Positions 1 through 13,501 of a stretch of DNA of 64,000 nt are shown piece after piece. The position numbers were made by a program, and so were the translations under genes. Source of the DNA: Octopus vulgaris (lineage: Eukaryota); assembly GCA_951406725.2 (NCBI GenBank), contig OX597842.1, forward strand, positions 6,944,001 to 7,008,000, given 5' to 3'. Each line of letters starts with the position of its first letter. Position 1 is the stretch's first letter. Below the pieces are notes generated by a model. It saw only the letters and a list, made by a program, of their open reading frames with translations. It was not told the DNA's origin and searched no databases.

Positions 1-165
1 CACTGTCACAACCACCTCTGTCACCACTGCAACCACCACATCAACCATCACCACCACCACCACCATTACAACCACCACATCAACCATCACCAACAGCACC
101 AGCACTATTACCACCATCACCATGACTATTACCACCATCACCATCACTACCATTACCACCACCAT
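1..165. repeat. Degenerate (CAC/CAT)n low-complexity tract
   Basis: Imperfect accaccacc/accatc repeats seen directly. Confidence 0.85.
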
Positions 166-699
166 ATCATTGATGGTAATGAAGTATCTGCTCATTGAAT
201 TAGTATGCAAGTGGCTGAGTATTCCACAGGCAATGTGCCCTTAACATAACTAACAGGTGGAATAAATTAGCATGACACAAGATGTGACAAGGCTCTCTGC
301 CTTTTGAATTACAAGTACAACTCACCTGAAAAGCTTCTACACAATTTCCATTGACCCAGTTTCACTTACATGTAGGGCCAGATTGAGGCCCTAAGCACTT
401 ACAAGAGTTTGGTGACCCCATATTTATGTAATTCAAAATATAAACAATAATAAATCATTAAATAAATTTCTATTTCGCACAATGAAACAAAACATGTACA
501 GGTGTGGCTGTGTAGTAAGTAGCTTGCTTTCCAGCCACATGGTTCCAGGTTCAGTCCCACTGTGCACCATTTTGGGCAAATGTCTTCTACTATAGCCTCA
601 GGCTGACCAAAGCCTTTTGAGATGGAAACTGAAAGAAGCCTGTCATATGTATGTGTGTATATATATATATAAAGAATAAAAATGTTTTGAATGGTATAA

Positions 700-1546
700 C
701 AATGCACTATAATACAGACAATCGGCTATATACCTGTTGCATTCTGATATGATATTGTAGTCTGATATGATATTTTGGAATAATATTCCTTCTTCAGATA
801 TTCTTAGATGGAGTGGCTGCTATAATCAGTTTTCCTACAGCTTTTCTTTTTTCTTTCTTTTGGAAGCATCTCAGCAGTGGTCTCACGAAGCTCCTTCCGG
901 AATTCCTCATGAGAAGTGTGTGAGGTCGGCCATGTCTCAATCTCGTGTGTGCTGGTACATCTGTAGCACTGCTTCTAAGTTACATATTATACGTGCAGCT
1001 TCCTTTTTTTCCCCTCTTTTTTTTCTCTTCTCTTCTTTTTTTTTGTTATAAACTACAGATGAGCATATTATCAAAAATGAACCTACACGCATCCAGATGT
1101 ATCTAAATAATGTATTGATTACCAACCTCCAGCCTGTTGTTAATTTGGGGCCCAAGTCTGTGTATGAGTATAGCTTCCTTAATTCTTAAATTACCCATAT
1201 TTCTTTCATTGGCCTCAATTGTGACTGTTTTGCTTTTGTCGGTGTTCCGGCATCTGTCTAGATGTTTTCTGAAGGAGGAAGCTCTCATGTTCAGATGTTC
1301 TTTGATGCAGATGTGTAATGGTCTTGTTGTGCTACCCACATAGAACTTGTTGCATTTGTTACATTGTATTCTATACACAACATTAACCCGTTGGTATAAA
1401 TCTGTATCACGGATGGGACAGTTTGTTAGCAGGCATTGATTGTTGTCCCTTATTTGTTTCTTTGCGAGGTGTCTTCTCAGAGAGGGGCCAGAGTGGGCTA
1501 GTTGTATGTCTAGCCCTTCTCTTTTTATGGCTCTTTGGATGGATAT

Positions 1547-1550
<4 letters not shown>
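700..1550 (-). mobile_element. Penelope-like retroelement, 5'-truncated: GIY-YIG endonuclease C-terminus plus 3' UTR
   Basis: ORF 1103-1550 (-) contains CxxxxC, then NVVYRIQCNKCNKFYVGSTTRPLHICIKEH and IKEAILI...PQIN (GIY-YIG signature). Truncated at a (TA)n tract. UTR boundary approximate. Confidence 0.85.
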
Positions 1551-1589
<39 letters not shown>

Positions 1590-1594
<5 letters not shown>

Positions 1595-1759
1595 CCAAAG
1601 TGTATGTACACTGGTATATGTTTTATATATAAAAAATACAAAATGGGACAAGAATGTAAAACATCCATCGTGTCTCTGGATGTTTTGTTGTCCTTTTTTT
1701 TGTATCACCTAACTATCTGGATGTTTTGCATTCTTGTCCCATTTTGGATTTTTTATATA

Positions 1760-1760
<1 letters not shown>
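1590..1760. mobile_element. Short fold-back of an AT-rich pseudo-LTR-like family (relatives at about 6630-6710 and 28740-29030)
   Basis: caaaatgggacaagaatgtaaaacatcc is inverted against ggatgttttgcattcttgtcccattttg. Flanked by (TA)n. Confidence 0.55.
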
Positions 1761-1790
<30 letters not shown>

Positions 1791-1889
1791 AAACAACCAA
1801 TAATATGTATGAAGAAAATCATATCTTTATTATAGATCACACCTTAAAAATTCAATAATTGTTTCAATTGCATTAACATATATATATAT

Positions 1890-2195
1890 ATCACCGTGAC
1901 CGCCCAGGCTATCAGATGTTGCTACACATCGCTGGTCACAATGCACTTCACATTGTTTTAGCCTTCAAATGACGCCACCCCGCTGGCTAGGCGAGCTGCA
2001 GGCCAACAGAAGAAAGAGTGAGAGAAAATTGTGGCGAAAATGTACAGCAGGGATCGCCACCACCCTTTGCCGGAGCCTCGTGGAGCTTTAGGTGTTTCCG
2101 CTCAATAAACACTCACAAAGCCTGGTGTGGGAAACGAAAATGCGATCCTACAACCGCGAGTCTGCTGCCCTAACCACTGGGCCATTGCACCTCCA
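1890..2195 (-). mobile_element. tRNA-derived SINE, family C (head GGAGGCGCAATGGCCCAGTGGTTAGGGCAGCGGACTCG)
   Basis: Pol III A/B-box-like head. Other copies at about 21715-22015(-), 48687-48998(+), 55065-55420(-), 57172-57550(+), 60675-61050(-). Confidence 0.85.
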
Positions 2196-2319
2196 TTTAT
2201 ATATATATAGTTAATCCAAACATGAAAGCACAAAGAGAAAACACAACAACGCGAGGATGTGGAACAAGTATAGTGTTATTGGACACTCAGTAAAGGAAAG
2301 AAAGAAGGAGGATTTAACA

Positions 2320-2560
2320 CAGAGGAACTTTGTGAGGAACATGCACAAAGTAGATGTAGGGGTTTTTAAATTAAAGCTAGACATCTTCCTGTCGAGAGTC
2401 CCAGATGAGCCTACCTCACGGCAAGAGGTGCAAATGAGGGTAGCTATATCAAACTCCATTCTTCATCAAGTGCCACATATCAGAGGAGGCTCTTAGTAAT
2501 AACAGTGTAGCGCAAAACAGCGGTGCATCAGCATGGCCACAGCTCTGAGCTGGAGCTTTA
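2320..2560 (+). mobile_element. CR1/Jockey-group LINE extreme 3' end
   Basis: Reads RNMHKVDVGVFKLKLDIFLSRVPDEPT (FKxxLDxxLxxVPDEP C-terminal motif). Confidence 0.65.
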
Positions 2561-2610
2561 AAATATATATATGTATATATATACATATGTATATATACAT
2601 ACATATATAT

Positions 2611-2648
<38 letters not shown>

Positions 2649-2650
2649 GA

Positions 2651-2687
<37 letters not shown>

Positions 2688-2690
<3 letters not shown>

Positions 2691-3000
2691 CACAGGAGTG
2701 GCTGTGTGGTAAGTAGCTTGCCTACCAACCACATGGTTCTGGGGTTCAGTCCCACTGCGTGGCATCTTGGGCAAGTGTCTTCTGCTATAGCCTCGGTCCG
2801 ACCAAAGCCTTGTGAGTGGATTTGGTAGACGGAAACTGAAAGAAACCTGTCGTATATATGTATATATATATGTATGTATGTGTGTGTACATATGTTTGTG
2901 TGTCTGTGTTTGTCCCTCTAGCATTGCTTGACAACCGATGCTGGTGTGTTTACGTCCCTGTCACTTAGCGGTTCGACAAAAGAGACCGATAGAATAAGTA
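2688..3000 (+). mobile_element. tRNA-derived SINE, family A (head GGAGTGGCTGTGTGGTAAGTAGCTTGC, internal (TA)n/(TG)n, tail ...GACTGAAACAAGTAAAAGAG); most abundant repeat in the window
   Basis: A-box TGGCTGTGTGG and B-box GGTTCAGTCCC. More than 25 full or partial copies, e.g. about 500-650(+), 5725-6125(-), 10330-10570(+), 16040-16410(-), 18597-19415(+, interrupted), 30160-30568(-), 35052-35410(-), 41080-41485(-), 42805-43190(+), 49240-49645(-), 52800-53200(-), 62945-63315(-). Confidence 0.9.
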
Positions 3001-3141
3001 TATATATATATATTGGCATTGAAATAATTTTCTTTAGCCCTTATTTATAAGTATATTTATAATTATTTATAACCGTAAAGGTATTTTGATATGCTGCCAC
3101 ATTTTTTGATGGAATTTTTTCTGTAAAAAAACTTATTAGTA

Positions 3142-3184
<43 letters not shown>

Positions 3185-3307
3185 CACACAGGGACACACA
3201 CAGAGGTATATATAAGAAATTAACTGCGTTAAAATCAATACAAAGAGTACTCCATCCAATTAGAGTTCAATATTACTAAACATTTAGGAAACGTTTAGTA
3301 ATATATA

Positions 3308-3361
<54 letters not shown>

Positions 3362-4268
3362 CTATACCAATGTTCAGTTAGAATTTCACCAATTTGGATT
3401 ACCTTGATAATGTTGTGTTGACATAAATTTTCGTACATATTATTAATTTTAATAATATTATGTGTGTGTGTATGCATGGTGAACATTTATTTTAATAATT
3501 AAGATGCACACTCTTATTCTATCTCTTTTCTGTCTGTCTGTCTCCCTCTCTTCTTCTTTTCTGTTTTTCTCTCCCATCCTTTCCCTATTCTTCTCCTCTC
3601 CCTTTCACCATTCCTTCTCTCTCTTTCTCACTCTTCCTCCTTGACTCTCTCATTGCTCACATGTGACCAACGTCCATTCTTTCTTTCTTTCACTTCCTTC
3701 CTAAAGACAATACATGCTTTTTATCTGTCTCTTCTCAAAGCTTGTTTTTCCAGCGTTCACCACTTCACATCGTCTTCGCTTAACAGTTTGTTTTGACTGT
3801 TTTGTTCTCACTGTCCTGTTCTTGTTACCACTTTCACCCTCCGCAAAAAATCCCAAATTTTATTTAATTTGCTTTGCGGGAAGGACTGTTTTAATGAAGT
3901 CGCATCACGTCCCTACCTTCGAAACATGGAGTAGATATAACAGAGGACAACTGATGAAGGGGAATATTCTTTATGTTGATTGTCCCCTTTGTTTGTTTGT
4001 TTTCTTTATTGTTCGAAAAAAGTTCACTTTCTGTTTTTGCTTTTATGTTCTCGTTTCTCATTCTGTCCATGTTTTTTTGATGTCTTGTACCCATATATGC
4101 ATGTATATATACATATATATATAGGTATGTACATATCTGTATGGATATATGCATATATTTATATATTATTTTTATTATATTATATATATATATATATGTG
4201 TGTGTGTGTTAATGCAATTGAAACAATTGTTGGATTTTTATAATCTATAATAAAGATATGAGTTTCTT

Positions 4269-4306
<38 letters not shown>

Positions 4307-4454
4307 TGCAAGACACAACAAAAATTTTAGAAAATTTCTGAAAAATAAATAAGTAAATGAGTGAAAATTTTACTGGTGAGTGTGTTAAATTATAAGGCAC
4401 TAAGAGAGAATGACTCTTCCCAGACACAACAGAATATGCTTCAACACACAAACT

Positions 4455-4493
<39 letters not shown>

Positions 4494-4496
<3 letters not shown>

Positions 4497-5725
4497 CTTG
4501 CTCTAATAGATGAGTCACTATCAGAGCTAGAGGAGAAGTTTCAGGTGTGAAAGCAAGGTCTAGAATCGAAAGGCCTTAGGGTTGATGTAGCAAAAACCAA
4601 AGTCTTAATAAGTAGGAAGGCAGACAAATCACAAATCCCTTCAGGTAGATGGCCCTCTTCGATCTGTAGAAAAGGCATTGGTAGAAACTGCATAAGATGT
4701 ACCTGGTGTAAGCTATGGACACATGAGAGGTGCAGCAATATCAAAGGAAGGCTAACTGGGAAGATAGTTTTTTGTGTTTGGCAAATGCCAGGGGCAATAA
4801 ATATTAAAAGTGTGCAGAAAACAGCTTCTGTCACATGCCAGGGGGAAAAACTACAAGTAGTTGATAGCTTCCATTACCTAGGTGACCAAGTCAGTAGTGG
4901 AGGTGGATGCTCTGAGAGTGTAGCTGCTAGAATAAGAATAGCCTGGGCAAAGTTCAAAGAGCTCCTCCCTCTGCTGGTGGTTAGGAGTAAAAGATAGACT
5001 GTATGATGCATGTGTGCAAACAGCCATGCTACATGGCAGCGAAACCTGGGCTGGGACATGCGTAATCTTGTAAGAAATGAAGCTAGTATGCTCTGCTGGA
5101 TGTATAATGTCAGTGTGCACACACGACAGAGTGTAAGTGCACTGAGAGAAAAGTTGGGCATAAGAAGCATCAGATGTGGTGTGCAAGAGAGATGACTGTG
5201 CTGGTATGTTCATGTATTGCGTATGAATGAGTACAGCTGTATGAAAAAGTATCACACCCTAGCAGTAGAGGGAATTTCTGGTAGAGGTAGACCCAGGAAG
5301 ACCTGGGATGAGGTGGTGAAGCACAAACTTTGAAGGTCAGGCCTCACAGAGGCGATGACAAGTGACTGAGACTTTTGGAGGTATGCTATGCTTGAGAAGA
5401 TCCAGCAAGCCAAGTGAGACCATAACTGTGGCCTAGGCCAATGCAGCATAACCAGCCTATTTAAGAGAACCCTTCAATCATTGAGCGAATAAACTGTGCT
5501 TGTGAAAACCTGTTGAGTCAAGAGAATTCATTGTCATGGCCGATGACAGTACCGCCTGATTGGCACCTGTGCCAGTGGAACGTAAGAATCATCATTCGAG
5601 CATGGTCATTGCCAGTACCATCTGACTGGCCCTCGTGCCGGTGGCACGTAAAAAGCACCCACTACACTCTCAGAGTGGTTAGCATTAGGAAGGGCATCAA
5701 GCTGTAGAAACTTTGCCAGATCGGA
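4494..5725 (+). mobile_element. RTE-clade LINE, 5'-truncated, degraded ORF2 3' half plus 3' UTR
   Basis: DLALI...GLRVDVAKTKVL, a Cys-rich ICRKGIGRNCIRCTWCKLWTHERCS segment, DSFHYLGDQVSSGGG, AWAKFKELLPLL, MLHGSETW and RGRPRKTW, with stops and frameshifts. The 3' UTR contains GTGCCGGTGGCACGTAAAAAGCACC...AGGAAGGGCATC. Confidence 0.9.
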
Positions 5726-5910
5726 TTGACTGTGGCCATGCTGGAGCACCACCTTTAGTCGACCAAATCGATCCCAGGACTTATTCTTTGTAAGCCTAGT
5801 ACTTACTCTATTAGTCTCTTTTGCCAAACTGCTAAGTTACGGGGACGTAAACACACCTGCGCCAGTTGTCGAGCAGTGTTGGGGGGACAAACACTGACAC
5901 ATAAGCATAT

Positions 5911-5963
<53 letters not shown>

Positions 5964-6698
5964 TACGACGAGCTTCTTTCAGTTTCCGTTTACCAAATCC
6001 ACTCACAGGGCTTTGGTCGGCCCAAGGCTATAATAGAAGACACTTGCCCAAGGTGCCATGCTGTGGAACTGAACCTGGAACCATGCGGTTCGTAAGCAAG
6101 CTACTTACCACACAGACACTCCTACGCCAATTTATTGCTGTGAAATTTTACTACAAAATCTTGTGGTTCCCCAAATGCCATATGAACTCTGATTGAGAAC
6201 CACTGCTTTATAGCCACAACCACCCTATTGTTCTCAAACTGAGAAGTTGTAGATTCTCCATAAAAAAGAAAAAGGAGAACTGGTTCAGCAGGCTGTGTAG
6301 TTAAGAAGCTTGCTTGCAATCACATGGTTTTTGGGTTCTGTTCCACAGCATGGCACCTTGGGCAAATGTTTTCTTCTATAGCCTTGGACTGACCAAAGCC
6401 TTGTGAGTGGATTTGGCAGATGGAAACTGAAAAAGCCTGTCGTATATATTCTTTTATTTTTTTACTTGTTTTGGTCATTTGACCGCGGCCATACTGGAAC
6501 ACCGTCTTGAAGGGTTTTAGTCGAATAAATTGACCGCAGGACTTAGTTTTTGTGAGATAAAAAAAAAACCCAAGGCTGTGTAGATTTTAGAACATTTATA
6601 AATTTATGTATATATATGTATCGTCGATGTGAATGTTTTGTTGTCCTATTTTTGTATCACCTAACTATCCGGATGTTTTGCGTTCTTGTCCCATTTTG

Positions 6699-6736
<38 letters not shown>

Positions 6737-6743
6737 CACACAC

Positions 6744-6816
<73 letters not shown>

Positions 6817-7019
6817 CACATGTATATATACACACACACACACGCACATATATATATATATATTGTTGTATTTGTCTAAATACAACAATATCTGTTTCAA
6901 CACACGATTTCACATCAAGAATCTTGCAGATATATATATATATAACCTATTGGTCTTGTTTGCTTCTGTAGTTGCAGTAGTAGATGTTGTAGTAGAGGTG
7001 GTACAAATAGTATAAGTAG

Positions 7020-7077
7020 TTGTGGTGGTGGTGGCTTTGGTGGTGGTTTTAGTGGTAGTAGTAGTAGTAGTAGTAGC

Positions 7078-7139
<62 letters not shown>

Positions 7140-7140
7140 C

Positions 7141-7218
<78 letters not shown>
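7020..7218. repeat. (GTA)n trinucleotide microsatellite
   Basis: Seen directly; source of the poly-V and poly-Y pseudo-ORFs. Confidence 0.95.
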
Positions 7219-7612
7219 TTATATCATTAACACTACTCCCAGCATCACTGTCTTCATCATGTTTTGAACCGTAGTTGTAGTAGTGGTGGTGGTCAGAATC
7301 AGTAGTAGTAGTGCCTTCTATCATCACCCCCACCACCAACATCATAACTATCATCATCACCATGTGTATATATATCACATCTGTGAAACATTGGTCATGG
7401 TACAAACATCAGCAGCTCACTATCATCATAATCAGCAATAATTCTTACATCTGTAACAGTTTAGGCATGGTTGTGTGGTAAGAAGCTTGATTCCCAGCCC
7501 CATGGCTCTGAGTTCAGTCCTACTGTGTGGCACCTTGGTCAAGTGTCTTCTGTTAGTGTCTTCTAAAGCTTTCTGGGTGGATTTGGCTGATGGAAACTGA
7601 AAGATGACCATC

Positions 7613-7650
<38 letters not shown>

Positions 7651-7839
7651 AATATATATATATATATCAAATTTCAAATTCAATTTGAAAACTCCACCAG
7701 CACTAATATATGATATATGATATATGATTTATAAAAACATGTAATATACAAATAAATATTTGTAAATATAAAACCATCCGAATTTCTGAGTACCTCATTT
7801 CTTCTAATATAAAATACCTGTACATCATCTCCAAACCTT

Positions 7840-7874
<35 letters not shown>

Positions 7875-7946
7875 GGAGATATACTTGCATAGCAAGTGAC
7901 CTGATCTGAGATTGTGTGCTGAAACAAAAACAATTGCAGTGATCAG

Positions 7947-7993
7947 TGACAGTGATCAGGTCGCAGCCTCAAAGCGATGAAAATATTTTGGCA
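7947..7993 (+). ncRNA. Minimal hammerhead-like motif with G3-C8 core variant (Penelope pLTR remnant)
   Basis: tgaca-GTGATCA-g-GTCGC(agcctcaaa)GCGAT-GAAA-ATAT-TT-tggca. Second family copy at 29931-29977(-). Confidence 0.55.
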
Positions 7994-8729
7994 AATTAAA
8001 TTTAAATGTTGACTCTAATGGTTTTTGTGTGTTTTTAAATGGCTTATAAACACCTTCCATGCAGCAATTGTTTTATATATATATAACTTCCTATACATAT
8101 ATTTTGATATACTGCGTTGTCTTTACTACCATATATAGCCATGACAGACAGAAATAATGTAATCAAAGCAAAATTTGAGTTTGCCAAAATGATATTTATA
8201 TGTCACTTGAGGAAACACAGCTAGATTTCATAATACAGTGAAATGGTTACATAACCAAATACCTATGAACCTGGAGAACTACGTTGCGTGGAAACAATTG
8301 TAGTGATTAGAAATAAATGTTCCTCTATTCATTGACTCACTACAGAAGCCCCAATGCAAATCTGGCAAAAGGTATAATACTGCTGTTGAATAGCATTGGG
8401 TGAAATCTGAAGGTGGACAAGCTTTATACTGTACTCTACTATGTTCTTAACAGAATATAACCTAACTATATATATATATATATGGCAAGAAGAAAATGGG
8501 GGGGATAGAGAAATAGTATACATCAACTGTTAGAAATTATATTATGTCTATTTATTTATTTTAAACAATTATGAGAATATATATACATATCGATTACATA
8601 ATAAGTACCAGTAATTCCTAGAATAGAAAAAGAAAACGAACAGTTTCTTACAGCTGTTTCTGCTGTATATATATATATATATATATATACATACATACAT
8701 ACATACACACATATATATATATATATATA

Positions 8730-8963
8730 TGTGCCGGTGGCACGTAAAAAGCACCAACTGATCGTGGCCGCTGCCAACCTCCCCTGGCACGTAAAAAGCA
8801 CCCACTACACTCATGGAGTGGTTGGTGTTAGGAAGGGCATCCAGCTGTAGAAACACTGCCAGTTCAAGACTGGAGCCTGGTGCAGCCTCCTGGCTTCCCA
8901 GAACCCTGTCGAACCGTCCAACCCATGCTAGCACGGAAAACGGACATTAAACGATGATGATGA

Positions 8964-8968
<5 letters not shown>
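8730..8968 (+). mobile_element. RTE LINE 3'-UTR copy ending in (GAT)n
   Basis: Same sequence as the 3' UTR of the 4494-5725 LINE. Other copies at about 14420-14650(-), 20745-21260(+), 34555-34825(+), 36958-37235(-), 38436-38815(-). Confidence 0.85.
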
Positions 8969-9004
<36 letters not shown>

Positions 9005-9018
9005 TATATGTACATATA

Positions 9019-9056
<38 letters not shown>

Positions 9057-9096
9057 CATATATATATATATATATACATATATATATGTACATATA

Positions 9097-9134
<38 letters not shown>

Positions 9135-9636
9135 TATATATATATATTTTAAAATAGGATAAAATCTTTATAACAATTTATCAAGTGGTGCATTTTGTGC
9201 ACTAATTATGAAATCATATGATCTGCGGCTGTTTATATAATATAATATATCATGTTTATATAATAAGAATAAGTACCAGGCCTAAACAAAATAAGTTCTG
9301 GGGTCAATTCATTTGACTAAAGACTCTTCAAGGCGGTGCCCCAGCATGGCCACGGTCTGTTGACTGAAACAAGTAAAATATAAAAGATTGCCATCACCCA
9401 CCATCATCATTGCAACTGCCATCACTTTCATCTCTCTACACCACCGCCATCACCTCGACTCCCCCGCCCCCAGCCAAATCCCAGTGATCAGTTTCATCTA
9501 ATGTTCTTCTCCACCAATTGCAGGAATAATCTCAGGTGAAGTTTTTCATTTCACTGTATTACATACGTGAGACTCTGCGTGTATATATTTAGTATGTAGA
9601 ACACTTCCCTAAGGTAGTTGCTCTTCGGTCCTATTG

Positions 9637-10178
9637 TGAGTGAGTGAGATGGGGAGGGAATGAGTGAGTGAATGAGGGAGGGAGGGAGGGAGGGAATGAG
9701 TGAGTGAATGAGGGAGGGAGGGAATAAGTGAGTGAGTAAGGGAGGAAGGGAGGGAATGAGTGAGTGAATGAATGAAGGAGGGAGGGAGGGAGGGAGGGGG
9801 ATTGAGTGAGTGAGTAAATGAGTGAGTGAGTGAATGAGTAAATGAGTGAGGGAGTGAATGAATGAGGGACGGAAGGAGGGAGTGAGTGAGTGAGGGAGTG
9901 AAGGAGTGAGTGAGTGAATGAATAAGTGAGGGAGTGAGTGAGTGAATGATGAGTGAGTGAGTGAGTGAATGAATAAGTGAGGGAGTGAGTGAGTGAATGA
10001 TGAGTGAGTGAGTGAATGAATGACTGAGGGAGGGAGGGAGTGAATGAATGAGGGAGGGAGGGAGTGAATGAGTGAGTGAGTGAATGACTGAGGGAGGGAA
10101 TGAGTGAGTTAATGAGTGAGTGAGGGAAGGGAGTGTGTGAATGAATGAGTGAGTGAGCGAAGGAGGGAGGGGAGAATG
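9637..10178. repeat. Purine-rich (GAGT/GAAT/GAGG)n compound microsatellite
   Basis: Seen directly; explains the HSLT-rich pseudo-ORF. Confidence 0.92.
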
Positions 10179-11357
10179 AGTAGCAAGATACTTGGTGTGG
10201 AAACGCATGTTGAATCAGATATTGTTATACTTGGGGATGATACCAACAACTGTACAAAGTCCATTGTGTGTGTGTTTGTCTGTCTGTCTGTCTGTCTACT
10301 GGTATGTGAATGCTTGTGTGTATATAAGGTGCAGGCATGGCTGAGTGGTAAGAAGTTTGCTTCCCAACCACATGGTTCCATGTTCAGTCCCACTGGACAA
10401 GTGTCTTCTACTATAGCCCTGGGCTCACCAAAAGCCTTGTGAGTAGATTTGGTAGACAGAAACTGAAAGACGCCCATCTTATATATATGAGTGTGTGTTT
10501 GTGTCTGTGTTTTTCTATACCACCACCACTCCACAACCAGTGTTTGTGTGTTAATGTTCCTCCAACTTAGCAGTGAATCCTAGCTGGTGGGGGTGCTTGT
10601 TTCCCCTTCACAAATATAAGGACACAGGAAAAGTGTCAAAGCCAACAGGAAGCGTCGATGCTTCCTAGGGCTAAATAGCGGTGGTGTAATTCCCTTTGTG
10701 GGACTGTCACGTTATGTTGACAGTATACAACCACTCTATATTTATATATATATATATATGTGATGGCCATCCACTCATGACCAAGGAAACCATTGCTGAC
10801 CTTTAGGAACATTGTGCGCTGTAGGACTAAGTTATATTTTGCCTTTGCAGCTTCGTATATATATATATACATACACACACACAGGGCACTTCCACTCAGT
10901 TTCTGTCTACCAAATCCACACACCAATCATTGGTTGTCCTGGATTCTTGTAGAAGACAATTGCCCAAGGTACCATGCAATGGAACTGAACCTGAAACCAA
11001 ATGGTTGCAATGTGAACCTCTTAACCACACAGCCATTTTTTATCGCTTATCTTTTACTAGTTAGACTACAGTGATGCTGGGGAACCTCCCTGAAGAATTT
11101 TTCGTTGAACAAATCAACCAAAGTTCTTTTTTTTAAGCCTGTTTCTTATTCTGTTGGTCTCTTTTGCTAAAACATAAGTTTCAGGGATTTAAGTAAACCA
11201 ACAGTAGTTATTGAGCAGTGGTAGGGGACAAATTGGACATGGAAAGGAACATATAGATGTACCTATACATATATACACACATATATATGTGTGTGCATGT
11301 GTGTCGTTAATCAAATATATTCAATGAGAATACAATATACTGAATTTCTAATAAGTG

Positions 11358-11690
11358 AAGGCACATGGCCCAGTGGTTTGAGCTTCGAGCTTACGATCGC
11401 GAGGTTGTGAGTTCGAATCCCGGACTGGGCTGCACGTTGTGTTCTTGAGCAAGACACTCTATTTCACATTGCTCCAGTCCACTCAGCTGTAAAAATGAGC
11501 TGTGACGTCACAGGTGCCAAGCTGTATCAGCTTTTGCCTTTCCTATGGATAACACTGGTGGCGTGGAGAGGGGAGGCTGGTATGCATGGGCAACTGCTGG
11601 TCTTCCATAAACAACCTTGCCTGGATTTGTGCTTGGGAGGGTAACTTTCTAGGTGCAATCCCTTGGTCAGTCATGACCAAAGGGGATCTC
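11358..11690 (+). mobile_element. tRNA-derived SINE, family D (central GTGTTCTTGAGCAAGACACT...TTGCTCCAGTCCACTCAGCTG)
   Basis: A-box TGGCCCAGTGG and B-box GTTCGAATCC. Other copies at about 26165-26410(-), 35505-35800(+), 59812-60152(+), 63805-63950(+). Confidence 0.85.
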
Positions 11691-11871
11691 AGCTTTTGGT
11701 AGGGAAATGCCTAAAGCATTAAATGTATTTAGACATTTGATAAGAACGATTATATATTATATAAAATAAGAGCAGGGAAATTACATCAAGATATAAGTCC
11801 AAAATAATATTGTATTAATAGATAGATGTATAAATATATAAAGTATGGTTATTTAAAAAGATTAATAGTTT

Positions 11872-12194
11872 AAAATATCTTGTGATTGTTTCATGAATGT
11901 ATTACCCTTAGAAATGGAATCTAAAATTGATAATCATTATTAGGTAATACATCCACTGGTCAGAGACAAAGAGGGTGAATTTCTGTGTCATCATTTGAAT
12001 GCTATTTAATAATATATGAAAAAAGATGTTTAAAAAGTTACTGGCATAGATGTACCTTGGTACAATCTTGCGCTAAAAATTTTGAAGAAATAATATACAT
12101 CCGTGACAAGTGGATGTATTGCCTAATAATGATTATCAATTTTAAATTCCACTTTTAAGGGTTATACATTCATGAAACAATCATAAGATATTTT
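11872..12194. mobile_element. Head-to-head fold-back pLTR remnant with degenerate hammerheads
   Basis: Arms 11872-11966 and 12100-12194 are inverted. The left arm (-) reads TCT-CTGACCA-GTGGATGTATTACC...GGTAATACATTCAT-GAAA-CAATCA-CA-AGA. Confidence 0.6.
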
Positions 12195-12279
12195 ACTTTT
12201 GTTATGTTACGATTATATTATATTTAGTTTGATTTTAATTATTACTTACTACATATAATTCAATTATTATTATTTTTTT

Positions 12280-12554
12280 TATTGTTAAAGTGAATGTATC
12301 TGACATAAAATAGAGAAATGTTTTTGTTTCACTTTTAACACGTAATACTGAAATAGTGGAGAAGATATGATATTGCTATGGGCTCACTCTAGGCAAGAAG
12401 TTAAAATTTTTTTTTTTGCCCATGAAACTACATGGACCCTAAGTAAGGCATGTGTAAAATTTGAATGGAATTGGTTGTGTAGTTCTCAAGTTTTAGGGAA
12501 ACACACAGACAGACAGACAGACAGACACACATTCTCAGTTTTATATATATAAAG

Positions 12555-12556
<2 letters not shown>
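12280..12556 (-). mobile_element. Non-autonomous Helitron-like 5' fragment
   Basis: Starts on - with A|TCTTTATATATATAAAA followed by (TGTC)n, like the complete element at 50859-51244. Confidence 0.55.
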
Positions 12557-12601
<45 letters not shown>

Positions 12602-12607
12602 TACATA

Positions 12608-12715
<108 letters not shown>

Positions 12716-13358
12716 ACTTCTTTTTGGTAGTTTCCATCTACCAAATCCATTCATAAAACTTTGGTTAGATCAAGGCTACAGTGGAAGACACTTGTCCAAA
12801 GTGCCATGCAGTGGGACTGAACCCGGAACCATGTGGCTGGGTAAAAAACTTTTACCACACCTTCATACTGTGCCAATATTCTTTTTTTCTTCACAATTTT
12901 CAATTGGCTGATCATATCACACTTATCTCCCTTGTTTTTTAGGCTTTTTTTAAAAATCCCTCAGTGAGGGAGTTCCTACTAACTGCATGGACAAACTCAG
13001 TCAATCAGTTTTTCAACTCACTACATTACATATGTGAGACTCTTCCGTATTTGTACCTATATCACTCTCAGGCTAATCACTAATCTCTACACCAAATTAG
13101 AACCAGGGTGGTAGCAGGAGTGGGTGGGAATAGGGTATCATATGGCAGCAGAAGCTATATACAACACTGTTTCTGTGTAAAATACCTGGGTAGGCGGTTG
13201 GCAGGCAGCAGGCCCAGCAACAGCTGCGGCAGTAGCTACACTGCTTAGGTTTCACAGGGCTAACGAGATGAGCTGGTTATGGTAAGGAAAGATGGAAGAA
13301 TGAGAGCCAGGACAGCAGAGTAAGGTGGCGGCTTGGGGGTGGGGGATGGGGGTGAGAG

Positions 13359-13395
<37 letters not shown>

Positions 13396-13451
13396 TGGGG
13401 TATGCAGAGAAAGGAGTTAAAGATAGTAGTGAAAGGTGAGACACTGAAAGA

Positions 13452-13501
<50 letters not shown>

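Noticed and set aside
3870-3995. Hammerhead at CTGATGAAGGGG / CCTTCGAAAC
   Set aside because: The core halves are not arranged into a complete fold. Probably a pLTR remnant, but not callable.
9524-9566. Candidate upstream exon with gtgaga donor (similar site near 13040)
   Set aside because: The two sites are diverged copies of one repeat, the end phase does not fit the 25628 exon, and there is no MEI1 similarity.
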